From a virus (Duplodnaviria; Caudoviricetes), in the IMG/VR virus record IMGVR_UViG_2513237213_000006, positions 8,894 through 72,893 of that record: DNA of 64,000 nucleotides; one strand, 5' to 3'. The notes under the pieces were generated by a model. The model was not told the origin of the DNA and did no database searches. It worked only from the letters and a program-made list of their open reading frames with translations. The translations under genes and the position numbers were made by a program. Positions 21,341-31,500 of the stretch are shown here, one piece after another (the first letter of the stretch is position 1; the number at the start of each line of letters is the position of its first letter).

Positions 21341-21757
21341 ATGAGTTTTGACACAGATAAATATATAGGAATCGTGCATCGAACCAACGGTGACACCTTC
21401 AAGGAGTGCGACTGTGTGGGGCTTGCCCGATTGTTTTATAGAGAAAATGGCTGGCCGGAGACCTTTTGGGATGACGGCGAACCAATAACCCATGAAAACT
21501 TCAACACAGGAGCGACGTGGAAGCGCTTATTAAGATACCTCAATGGACATATGGAAAAAACCAAGGACATAAATTCCTTGCGATATGGGGCGTGTGTGGT
21601 GTTCGTTGTCAACGGGGACATGCACTTAGGCGTATATGTTGGAAAAGGTATGGTGCTGGCTATGGCCGTGCCTGTCAAAGAAGGAAAAAGCACGTCGACA
21701 CTCTATCATAAGCGTGTATGGGCTTTGGCGTTCAAAAGGGGGTATAACCGATGTTAG
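21341..21757 (+). CDS. NlpC/P60 tail assembly protein (lambda K-like)
   Basis: 'CDCVGLARLFY' and 'HLGVYVG' catalytic Cys/His motifs. Confidence 0.85.
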   Translation: MSFDTDKYIGIVHRTNGDTFKECDCVGLARLFYRENGWPETFWDDGEPITHENFNTGATWKRLLRYLNGHMEKTKDINSLRYGACVVFVVNGDMHLGVYVGKGMVLAMAVPVKEGKSTSTLYHKRVWALAFKRGYNRC

Positions 21758-22542
21758 TTTTACCTGTAAGCATGAAAGAGGCTGCGTCTAGTGGCAATCC
21801 GTTTTTTATCGAGTTATATATCATCACTCTGCGTACCGCAACGCTGTTTTTAGCAGCAGCAGACGAGGACATAGAGTTTGCTGGACAGAAATATATCGCC
21901 GTACCTATCAAGAGGGACGAGTTGAATAGGTCTCTGGACAGTATAACCAATGATTGCTCCTTGGAGGTCTCGGACTGCTCTGATGACCTTTTGCGATACC
22001 TTCTTAGCGGCTACGATTTTAGATCCTGCCGTTGCAATATTATTCGCATCCAATACCCTGACAGTTTGGAGGACGAAACAAACTTCTCTTGGGTGTTCTC
22101 GGGCGAGATTGATGAGCCGTCTTTTTCCGATGGGGTATTTACCTGCAAGGTTGTTCGGGAGTTCCCACAGATACAAGTCCCTTCGCGGGATTTTAGATTG
22201 GCCTGTAACAGCGAGTTTGGCGATGAAGATTGCCGTATGGACATAGGCAAAGAGCAGCTGACTGTAACCAAGGTCACTCCGAATACACTGCGCCTTCCCA
22301 ATTCTTATGACAAGAATTACTGGAAGCACGGCACGATTACGATGGAGGGTGAGTCGCGAACCATCACCAAGTCAGACGGCAACGAGATAACCATTAACCT
22401 GAACTTCCTGCAAGAGTTTTCTTCACGTTCTGCGGAGCTGGTAAGGGGTTGCGACAAAACCAAAACCATGTGCCAAAAATACAAGAACATGATGCATTTC
22501 AGCGGATTCCCCGCGATTCCGTTTGAAAATGTTTATAGATAG
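21751..22542 (+). CDS. Tail tip protein (DUF2163/lambda L-like)
   Basis: 'CNSEFGDEDC' and C-terminal 'GCDKTKTMCQKYKNMMHFSGFPAIP'. Confidence 0.85.
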   Translation: MLVLPVSMKEAASSGNPFFIELYIITLRTATLFLAAADEDIEFAGQKYIAVPIKRDELNRSLDSITNDCSLEVSDCSDDLLRYLLSGYDFRSCRCNIIRIQYPDSLEDETNFSWVFSGEIDEPSFSDGVFTCKVVREFPQIQVPSRDFRLACNSEFGDEDCRMDIGKEQLTVTKVTPNTLRLPNSYDKNYWKHGTITMEGESRTITKSDGNEITINLNFLQEFSSRSAELVRGCDKTKTMCQKYKNMMHFSGFPAIPFENVYR

Positions 22543-22553
22543 GTGGTGAGAGA

Positions 22554-25500
22554 TTGAATTTTGATGCAAAAAACACCATATCGGACGAAAGATTTGCAGA
22601 AGAACTTTTAAAACCTTTTGTTCCCGGAGAGTTTAAAATCGACCTCCAGTTGTTTGGTAAGTCCAAAGGTAAGACTGTGGGTAAGATTTTGATTACGGCT
22701 GCAGCATTCGCTTTTGGTGCTGGCCATGTGGGCATGAAGCTGTTTGGTGTAACCAAGTCATTGGTTGGCGGCATTATGGCATCTTCCTTGGTTGGCTCGA
22801 TTTGGATGATGGCTTCCTCTCGAAAAATGAACCAAAGTAGCCCTTCTATTCAGCGATTCGACAAAGCTCAAGAGAGCATGAGTAGCACGGCTCAAATCCC
22901 GGTTGTGTATGGTATGCGTAAAATTAGCGGAAATCAGACGTACCATGAAACCAACGCGAAACAGAACACCCTTCATAAACACGTTGTCCTTTGTGAAGGT
23001 GGCATCGAGGGCATTGTGTCTGTGTGTGCCAATGATTTGCTTATCCCGACCGGAGAGCAAGTTAAAGGCACTGTTTTTACAATTCAAAACGTCAAGTATG
23101 AGGACGCACAAGCATGGAAAGACGGGAAAAACTTGCACCTGTATGCCAACGGAAAGGACGAGGTTATTTATCTGTGTAACAAGAAAGACGCAGACAAGTC
23201 TGACACGTTTTATGAATGGCAAGCAAGCACTAGCTCTTTGATTTCGTATATCAACCGTATGCGCATGGGCTGGCAGGCGTTTCCTTATGCAACGTCCTCA
23301 AAGTACCCGGGAGACCTGAAAGTTGAAACTCCTCAGCGTGAGCGGAGAGTTACCATTGGTACTTCCGAGGATTGCGATGAAAAAATATCAAAAGACCAGT
23401 TGACCACTTATGAAAATTTGTGGAATGGGAGCTATAAGGTTTCTTTTGGTGAAGGTTCTGTCGGTGTTGCGATTGGCAGGTCTATTTTAAAGAAAAAGTA
23501 TCACATCACGGGGCGTTTGTCCGATGAGGTCTTTTATCGGGATGAGACATATTATGACCGTGGCTGCTACATGAATCCCCTTAGCGTAACTGCTAGCACC
23601 GTAACAGGCGGCACAAAATATACCTTTCACGATTGCGAAGCTCCCGATAACTACGAGGAGGTCGGCGGTTATCCGCATATGGCGTGGCTGGACATGACAT
23701 TCCAGACTTCCAACGAGTTGAACGGCAATCCGTCTGTGGACTGTATCGTCAAAGGGCGCAAGGTTTATGACCCCCGCTCAAAAACAACCGCATACAGTAA
23801 TAACCCAGCCTTATGTGTGTTAGACTTTCTCACTAACAGGCGATATGGTTTAGGCGAGTGGGTAACAGAGGCTGACATTGACATTGATTCCTTTATTGAA
23901 GCTGCGAATTACTGCGATGAGGAAATCACGGTCTACGATGCTGACGATACTCCGTTGAGGTCTAAGCGTTATGAGCTGAACATGATTGTTGACGAAAGGC
24001 AAGACGCTTCTCAGTGGCTTCAGGATATGTTGGCGAATTTCTGTGCATGGCTTGTAATATCCAAGGATAAAATCAAGCTGATGGTGGAGCAAGAATCTCC
24101 TGTCGTTCACAAGTTCGACGATGACAGTATTACCAGTATGACCATCACACCGATCAAAGCTAGCGATGTTCCTAATCATTATGAGATTTCCTTGTGTAAT
24201 CCTGAATCGAACTGGCGCGTAATTCAGGTTGTCTGTGACGATTATGCTGACCAAAAGCAACGAGGGAAAGTAATTTCCAAGACTGTTGAACTTAGTGGCG
24301 TAACTTCGCAGTCCCAAGCCCTCCGATTGGCAAGATTTTACAGTGACTATAACCTGAGCTGTCCTATCGTGGTCAGCTTTACCACTGGCATTGAGGCTAT
24401 GGCACTGGAGCCGGGGGATGTAATCTCTGTTTCTTATCGGGATGCCTTAAAAGACATGCCTGTACGCATATCGGAAATCAGGGAAACGGACGAGAACGAG
24501 TTTGAAATAACGGCGCGGCAGTATAACGGCGATATATACAGTGACGAACTCGGCGGCGGAATACAGACAAAGAGCTACACCATTGCAAAAGACATATCCG
24601 ACGAGGACTCTCCTTATTTTGTATTGACCAATGTCACGAACCTCAAGGCAATATCCCAACATCGAAAAAAAGAAGATGGCACAGTCGCATACGACATAGT
24701 TGTTTCCTTCGATCTGCCAACTCAGTATACGGTAAAATCCGCCAATGTCTATTATAAGCAAAACAACGCCCCTGTGAGCGAATCAGGCGTTATCCCAGAG
24801 GGGGTTGCTGCAGACGAGATAGGGTATCAATCGGAGTGGCGATGTGCGGGAGAATCTACTGGAACACTCAAAATCCCCAATGCGAAAATAGGCGATGTGT
24901 ATAAAATCCGAGTGGCCACCATAAGTAAAAGCGGGAAAGAACAGGACATCGAAGACTGCCCCGAGGTGTTGTGCAGGGTTACTGCGAGAGAAACAATTCC
25001 CTCTCAACCGTATAATCTGACCTTTGATTTTACGAACGACTTTAGCTTTTCATGGAGCGACGTAGTGGATTCAGATGTGGTTTATTACGAACTGCGTTCT
25101 GACACCAATAAAGGGAACCCAGTCGGTCTACTTGTAAAAACTGCTGCTCCTACTGCCACTGTGAAGCTGACCAGCAGGTCTGGTAAGGCTTATGTATATG
25201 CAGTTAACCAGCAAGGAAAATACAGCTATCCTGCAGAATGTGAGTGGAACTACCCGAAGCCCGAAGCTCCCGACAAGATTACATTTAGTGAAACTCCCCG
25301 GGGTGTGCGAATCACTACACCGTTCTTCCCTGCAGGGATAAAAAAGGCAAGGCTTTACATTACGGGGGCGTCGTCTTCCGATGTGATTGACACTTTAAAT
25401 CCTGTGTATGATTTCAAGGGGTCTCCGTCTGTCTACTCTATTAGAGCGTGTTGGATTGACCTAATCGGAGAAGGATATGTTTCCCAGGAGTATTCGTTTA

Positions 25501-27332
25501 CGGTAAATCCCACGTTCAACCCTGACTGGATAGCCGATGGGAGCATGTCACTGGAAAAGATGGACGGTGTTATCAAAGGCGCTGTTAAGGACGCTCAAGA
25601 CTCCGTTCCTCGCTTGAAAGAGATTACAGAAAACATTGACTCCATTGGAGTTGACATAACCGGTATCAACACCAGCATAGAAGGAATCAGCACAGACATA
25701 ACCGGTATCAACACCAACATAGAGGGAATTAACACCAATATTCTAAGCATTGAGGGGAATATAACGGAGCTGAAGAAGGCTGACGGCGAAATAACTGCTA
25801 CTATCACCAAAACAAATACTGAAACGCAGGAAAAATTTGCCAGTCAGCTGACACAGAAGGCCGAATCCATCATGGCCACTGTTGCAGCCAATAAAAAAGA
25901 CCAAGAGTCAGAAGACGCTGCTCTTGCGTCACAAATCAAGCAAACGGCTGATAACATTAGTTCTGCGGTTGAAAAGAAAATCAGCGGTGTGAGAACTGAC
26001 CTCTCTAAGTTAGACCAGAAGGCCGAATCCATCATGGCCACTGTTACCAAAAACAAAAACGAACAGGCCAAGACAAATGAAGACCTGGCTTCTCAAATTT
26101 CGCAAACGGCAGAAAGTATCAGTGCTACTGTCGAGACAAAAATAAAGGGCGTAACCAGCGATATTTCCAAAGTAGACCAAAAGGCTGACGGTATCAGTGC
26201 CACGGTCGCTGCTAACAAGAAGGCACAGGATACTAAGAACGCTGAGCTGACTTCTCAAATCAAGCAGTCTGCCGATTCGGTAACTTCTGCTGTCCAAAAG
26301 AAGATTGACGGTGTTGTAGGTGACATCTCAAAAGTAAGTCAACGTGCTGATTCCATAGAGTCTACTGTCTCCAAGAACAAAAAGGATTTCGACGAACAGC
26401 TGGCCAGTCAGCTCAAGCAAACGTCAGACTCTATCCTTTCGACGGTCGCTGCTAACAAGAAGGCACAGGATACTAAGAACGCTGAGCTGACTTCTCAAAT
26501 CAAGCAGTCTGCCGATTCGGTAACTTCTGCTGTCCAAAAGAAGATTGACGGACTTACTTCCGATATTTCCAAAGTAGACCAAAAGGCTGACGGTATCAGT
26601 ACCACTGTACAGAACCGCTTAGACGGCGAGGTCAACCCTAAAACTGGAAAGCGCGAAGGCGGCATAGTTGCTAGTATTTCCAAAGTAGACCAAAAAGCTG
26701 ATGGGATTAGCTCCACTGTACAAAAGAACAAGAAAGATACCGATTCGGAAATATCCCAAATAAAGCAAACCGCAAGCGCTCTTAGCACAACAGTGCAAAC
26801 CAATAAGACGAACACAGACAAAAGCATATCGGGGTTATCGTCAACAATCACTCAGCAGGCCAATTCAATCACTGCTATTGTTACGAACCTCGGCAAATCG
26901 CCTACAGCAAGCGGATATAGCGCCCTGACTCAGCTTCAAAATGGTATTAATGCGCGTGTAGTCAAAACGGATTTCAACGGCAAAAACATCATCAACCAAA
27001 TCAACCTCACGGAAAAAGGTACAACCATTGATGGCCAATATCTGCATATTACAGGAACTACTCAAATCGAAAAAGATGTTATTGTGGGGGGCATGATAAA
27101 AGCCGGTTCAATTTCTACGCAAAAAATAGCCGCCGAGGCTGTTACATCTGACAAAATATCGTCAAGAGCTATTACTGCTGACAAATTGAATGTTAGCTCT
27201 TTATCAGCTATTAGCGCCAATATTGGTACGTTAAGAACAAAAGAAAGCGGTGCTCGTGTTGAAATTAGTAACAACTTAATACAGGTGTTTGATGAAAACG
27301 ATAGATTGCGTGTTAAATTGGGGGTATGGTGA
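22554..27332 (+). CDS. Central tail fibre/host-specificity protein (lambda J-like)
   Basis: 'IPVVYG', 'VKGRKVYDPR', 'YSNNPA', FnIII-like middle, coiled repeats, C-terminal 'RLRVKLGVW'. Confidence 0.88.
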   Translation: MNFDAKNTISDERFAEELLKPFVPGEFKIDLQLFGKSKGKTVGKILITAAAFAFGAGHVGMKLFGVTKSLVGGIMASSLVGSIWMMASSRKMNQSSPSIQRFDKAQESMSSTAQIPVVYGMRKISGNQTYHETNAKQNTLHKHVVLCEGGIEGIVSVCANDLLIPTGEQVKGTVFTIQNVKYEDAQAWKDGKNLHLYANGKDEVIYLCNKKDADKSDTFYEWQASTSSLISYINRMRMGWQAFPYATSSKYPGDLKVETPQRERRVTIGTSEDCDEKISKDQLTTYENLWNGSYKVSFGEGSVGVAIGRSILKKKYHITGRLSDEVFYRDETYYDRGCYMNPLSVTASTVTGGTKYTFHDCEAPDNYEEVGGYPHMAWLDMTFQTSNELNGNPSVDCIVKGRKVYDPRSKTTAYSNNPALCVLDFLTNRRYGLGEWVTEADIDIDSFIEAANYCDEEITVYDADDTPLRSKRYELNMIVDERQDASQWLQDMLANFCAWLVISKDKIKLMVEQESPVVHKFDDDSITSMTITPIKASDVPNHYEISLCNPESNWRVIQVVCDDYADQKQRGKVISKTVELSGVTSQSQALRLARFYSDYNLSCPIVVSFTTGIEAMALEPGDVISVSYRDALKDMPVRISEIRETDENEFEITARQYNGDIYSDELGGGIQTKSYTIAKDISDEDSPYFVLTNVTNLKAISQHRKKEDGTVAYDIVVSFDLPTQYTVKSANVYYKQNNAPVSESGVIPEGVAADEIGYQSEWRCAGESTGTLKIPNAKIGDVYKIRVATISKSGKEQDIEDCPEVLCRVTARETIPSQPYNLTFDFTNDFSFSWSDVVDSDVVYYELRSDTNKGNPVGLLVKTAAPTATVKLTSRSGKAYVYAVNQQGKYSYPAECEWNYPKPEAPDKITFSETPRGVRITTPFFPAGIKKARLYITGASSSDVIDTLNPVYDFKGSPSVYSIRACWIDLIGEGYVSQEYSFTVNPTFNPDWIADGSMSLEKMDGVIKGAVKDAQDSVPRLKEITENIDSIGVDITGINTSIEGISTDITGINTNIEGINTNILSIEGNITELKKADGEITATITKTNTETQEKFASQLTQKAESIMATVAANKKDQESEDAALASQIKQTADNISSAVEKKISGVRTDLSKLDQKAESIMATVTKNKNEQAKTNEDLASQISQTAESISATVETKIKGVTSDISKVDQKADGISATVAANKKAQDTKNAELTSQIKQSADSVTSAVQKKIDGVVGDISKVSQRADSIESTVSKNKKDFDEQLASQLKQTSDSILSTVAANKKAQDTKNAELTSQIKQSADSVTSAVQKKIDGLTSDISKVDQKADGISTTVQNRLDGEVNPKTGKREGGIVASISKVDQKADGISSTVQKNKKDTDSEISQIKQTASALSTTVQTNKTNTDKSISGLSSTITQQANSITAIVTNLGKSPTASGYSALTQLQNGINARVVKTDFNGKNIINQINLTEKGTTIDGQYLHITGTTQIEKDVIVGGMIKAGSISTQKIAAEAVTSDKISSRAITADKLNVSSLSAISANIGTLRTKESGARVEISNNLIQVFDENDRLRVKLGVW
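25645..25740 (+). repeat. Coding tandem repeat (42-bp period) in J
   Basis: GACATAACCGGTATCAACACC repeated; encodes DITGINT(S/N)IEGI. Confidence 0.8.
26202..26551 (+). repeat. 110-bp perfect direct repeat (26202-26311 and 26442-26551) in J
   Basis: Identical copies 240 bp apart, compared by eye. Confidence 0.9.
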
Positions 27333-27670
27333 TGCCAGCGGGATTGTCTGTTTTTGACGATAAAGGAAATAGTCGCCTGTGTTCGTCAAACTTTATTTTT
27401 AATGAAATAGGTACATTTGTGGCACAACACGGCCTCCCCCAAGAGATTACCGACGATAGAATTATAGGAAAAAGGATTGCATGTTTTATAAAGTCCGTTG
27501 AGCAGATACAAGACGGCGCGTATATATCTTATGCTTATCCAAATGGCATATCCATTGACAACAACAAAATACAATGGAGTTATAATGGTAATTTCAGCTA
27601 CGACAAACGCGCAGGTCTTTCCGAATCGTATAAAATTTATAGAGTTATTTATTCTTATGGGTGGTATTGA
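27326..27670 (+). CDS. Tail-tip accessory protein
   Basis: 'MPAGLSVFDDKG' start typical of small genes downstream of J; AT-rich. Confidence 0.65.
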   Translation: MVMPAGLSVFDDKGNSRLCSSNFIFNEIGTFVAQHGLPQEITDDRIIGKRIACFIKSVEQIQDGAYISYAYPNGISIDNNKIQWSYNGNFSYDKRAGLSESYKIYRVIYSYGWY

Positions 27671-28486
27671 ATGAGCACATACTTAGAAGTAAAAAACGAT
27701 CTTGACATCGTACAGGTAGATGATACTCATAAAACTTTAAAAATAATCAGAGAGGGAACGCTGTCTGCCTCTTATTCTCGAGGAGAAATGTGCGGCTTTG
27801 CCTTAGAGGAAAATGAGTGTTTTGCTGTTTTTGCTGTTGCGTCAGGAGTGCTGTTGTGTGTCTCTCCCTTAATTTACGATGGCAAGTTGGTATACTACGT
27901 GTCAAGCGATGGCGCCCCAATATCATATAAGACAATAGGGTATTTGTGCTCATCCGATAAAATGCTTCACGGGGCCGGCATAGAGGTATACACCGATAAG
28001 GGCGAATTGACTTATAGTTCTTTTTTCAAGTCAATGAATTATGTCTTATATAAAAACATCCCCCCTAGTTCTAAAATATGGTCAGGGACAGGACGTGACA
28101 CCCCAGAGTCAAAGGCACAATCTCGACTGATAGATAATGGCAATTATTGGGAAAGCTACGCTTACAATGGGCAATCTCCTTTTGTCTTACCGCAGTCTAT
28201 TCCCTGTGTTCACAGTGGCTCTATAAACCCATTTTATACAGGGTGGCAAGGGGCTAACCCCAACTATGGAGCATTTACCTGTGGAGGCTTTCGTTTTACC
28301 GATAGAAACAAAATCGAAATTCTTTCTCCTCTCATTGAGTTTGGCGCTCAAAAAATAATCGGAGTTGGCGATTTTAGTCAGCTCACTTACAGAGATTACC
28401 ATTCTGGAAGTGGAATGAACGAGGTAAACCATTATAGCGGGGCTATGGCAATATACTATGATTTTCATATTTTTGAACCCATATAG
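27671..28486 (+). CDS. Tail-tip accessory/receptor-binding candidate
   Basis: Contains a 'GIEVYTDKGELTYSS' repeat like its neighbour; AT-rich. Confidence 0.65.
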   Translation: MSTYLEVKNDLDIVQVDDTHKTLKIIREGTLSASYSRGEMCGFALEENECFAVFAVASGVLLCVSPLIYDGKLVYYVSSDGAPISYKTIGYLCSSDKMLHGAGIEVYTDKGELTYSSFFKSMNYVLYKNIPPSSKIWSGTGRDTPESKAQSRLIDNGNYWESYAYNGQSPFVLPQSIPCVHSGSINPFYTGWQGANPNYGAFTCGGFRFTDRNKIEILSPLIEFGAQKIIGVGDFSQLTYRDYHSGSGMNEVNHYSGAMAIYYDFHIFEPI

Positions 28487-28502
28487 TAAGGAGTGATTTG
28501 TT

Positions 28503-31500
28503 ATTTACAATCAGGGATTTCAATTCTTAGAGCAAAGAGATTCTGACGATACTATCCAGCGGGAAGGCGTCGTTTCTAAAAAAAGCCCATTTAGTACATC
28601 AGATAACAAAGGTATTTATGATGTGATTGCGGAAAATTTGCGCTGGTTGAAAGATACACTGGATAGCGTAAGCAATTCGGATGAGCTTTCTGCCATCCGT
28701 GATGACATTCAAAACATGTATAACGACATGAGAACCAATGAGAAATTCGGTTCGATTGAAGCTACGGAACAGGCTAAGATTGCTACGGAACAGGCCAGCG
28801 TTGCAACAGAAAAGGCTGTCGAAGCGGCTCAGGCTTTGTCCGATATGAAAGCGGAAACATCGTCTGTGGCCGACAATATGCGGGTAATCAAAAACAACAT
28901 CGCAGACATAAAGAAATATCTTGAAGAAATTGCGGCATTGCAAAAGGACGTTGCGGATAATGCTCAGGTCGCCACCAATCATGCTGGGGTTGCAAAAACC
29001 AAAGCAGCTGAGGCTGCTGTCTCCGAGACCAATGCAAAAAATTCTGCGGATAACGCATCTTTGTCTGAAGCTAATGCGAAAACGTCTGAAAACAAGGCTC
29101 TTGCTAGTGAAAAGGCAGCCAAAACTTCCGAGACCAATGCTAAAGCCTCCGAAACGGCTAGTAAAGCCAGTGAAACCAACGCAAAAAACTCTGAAACGGC
29201 TAGTAAGGCTAGCGAAACGGCCAGCTCCTCCAGTGCGTCTGCGGCCAAAACTTCCGAGACCAATGCTAAAGCCTCTGAAACGGCTAGTAAAGCCAGTGAA
29301 ACGGCGGCTAAAGCATCCGAGGCCAACGCTAAAGCCAGCGAACAGGCAGCAAGTGCCAGCGAGAGCAAGTCAAAAACCAGTGAGGCTAATGCGCGAAACG
29401 CCGAGGCCGGGGCCAAAACATCCGAAACTAACGCAAAAAACTCCGAAACGGCTAGTAAGGCTAGCGAGAAAGCGGCTAAGACCAGCGAAGAAAACGCCCA
29501 AAAATGGAGCGAGGGCACGCCTGATAGCACTATAGACAGTGACGGCAATGTGATTAATCATTATTCCTCTAAGCACCATGCAGAGCAGTCTACCTTGAGT
29601 GCAAGTGAAGCTAAGGCTTCTGCAACCAACGCCAAAACGGCGGAGGCCAACGCCAAAAGCCATGAGCAAAAATCACTGGAATATAGAGATAGCGCTGGAA
29701 TGCAAGCAAAAAACGCAAAAGATAGCGCAAAAAACGCAAAAGATAGTGAAACCAACGCCAAGGAATACGAGTCGAAGTCTAAGGAGCATAGAGATGATGC
29801 TATGAACTGGGCTGAAGGTTCTATCCCCGACTCCGTGGACGAAAACGGCAATCCTGTAAAACATTGCTCTGCCAAACATTATGCTGAAAGCGCTAACGAC
29901 TGCTCCGACAAGGCAAAAGCCAGTGAGACGCAGGCTAAAGCCTCCGAAACAAAAGCGGCGGCATCAGAGTCCAGCGCCAAAAAAAGCGAGACTAATTCCA
30001 AAACATCCGAGACCAACGCAAAAAACTCCGAAGCAAAAGCGCGGAGCTGGGCAGAATCTTCCGATGTCGTGGAAACAGAAACGGTGTCTGGTGAAACTAT
30101 TAACCACTATTCCTCTAAACATTATGCTCTTGAGGCCGAGAAGTCTTATAATAGCGCGTCTGCAAGTGAAACGGCTGCACAGTCCTCTATGAACAAATCG
30201 AAAGAGTATATGGAGAAAGCGGCAAAATCCGAGACTAACGCAAAGGCCAGCGAAAATCTTGTAAAAGGTTATTCCGATAGTGCCACTGCTTCGGCAAACA
30301 CTGCTAGCGAACAGGCTTCCGCTGCCAAGACTTCCGAGACTAATGCGGCAAACAGCGCAAGTTTAGCAAAAAAATGGGCTATGTCTGATACATCTCCAGA
30401 CGGAGGGTTCGACGCTGTTGGGACTGGTGGTAAAACGCAATCAGCAAAAACATGGGCGACTCAAGCCAAGGAACAGGCTGTATCGGCAACAAACAAAGCC
30501 GCAGAAGCGTCCGAATATACCAAAACGGTAAAAGACGTACTAAAGCAAGCGCAAAGTATTCAGGCCACAATCGCCTCATCAAAAAGCGCAATGGAGTCAT
30601 TAGCAGAACAAACTAAAAATGCTCTTTCTGAGTCAAAATCCATTCGGGACAGCCTCTCCGACGTGGTGAAATACAAGGGGTCTGTCGAAAATTACTCCGA
30701 TTTGCCGAAGGAAAATAATAAAATTGGCGACATGTATAACGTAAAAAACGCCGACAAAGCCAATGGTTGTAATGCCGGGGACAATGTTGTCTGGAACGGC
30801 ACTGGCTGGGATAACCTGGGGGGCTTTATTGATGTTGATGACATTCTGAACGGTGGTAAAAATGCCAAGCTCGGTGAAGTAATAGCAACGTCTTTTACTG
30901 GTAAACTTATCGGCAACGCCGATACAGCTACCACGGCTGACAGTGCAAAGTCGGTCGCATGGGCAAATGTAAGCGGAAAACCAACCTCTATGCCCGCAAA
31001 CGGCGGTACTGCTGACAGAGCGTTAAAAGCTGACGTATGTACAGGCAACGCGGCCAGTGCTTCGAGTGTCGCGTGGGCTAATGTATCAGGTAAGCCTACT
31101 TCGTTCACCCCTGCTTCTCATAACCACGATTCTTCTTACCCATCAACAACTGGAACAAGAGCAAGCGGAACGTGGGAAATTAGTATCACAGGTAAAGCGG
31201 CTACTGCTGGAACAGCCGACACCGCAACCGCATTGAAAATGAACGAGGGGACAAATGATAAATATCGCCCTGTTTGGTTTGAAGATGGTGTCACAAAATA
31301 TAGAACGAATTATAACGACAAATTCCAATACAATCCCGCAACTGATTCTCTAAAAGTCGGTAGTATCACAGGTAAAGCGGCTACTGCTGGCACTGCCGAC
31401 TCAGCTAAAGCTGTAGCGTGGGGCAATGTTAGTGGTAAACCGAGCACTTATCCTGCAACGGCACATAACCATGATAGTTCTTATCCGTCTACCACAGGAA

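Noticed and set aside
28980-30400. Repeats as a CRISPR array
   Set aside because: Coding Ala/Ser/Glu repeats of a Stf-like fibre with no repeat-spacer alternation
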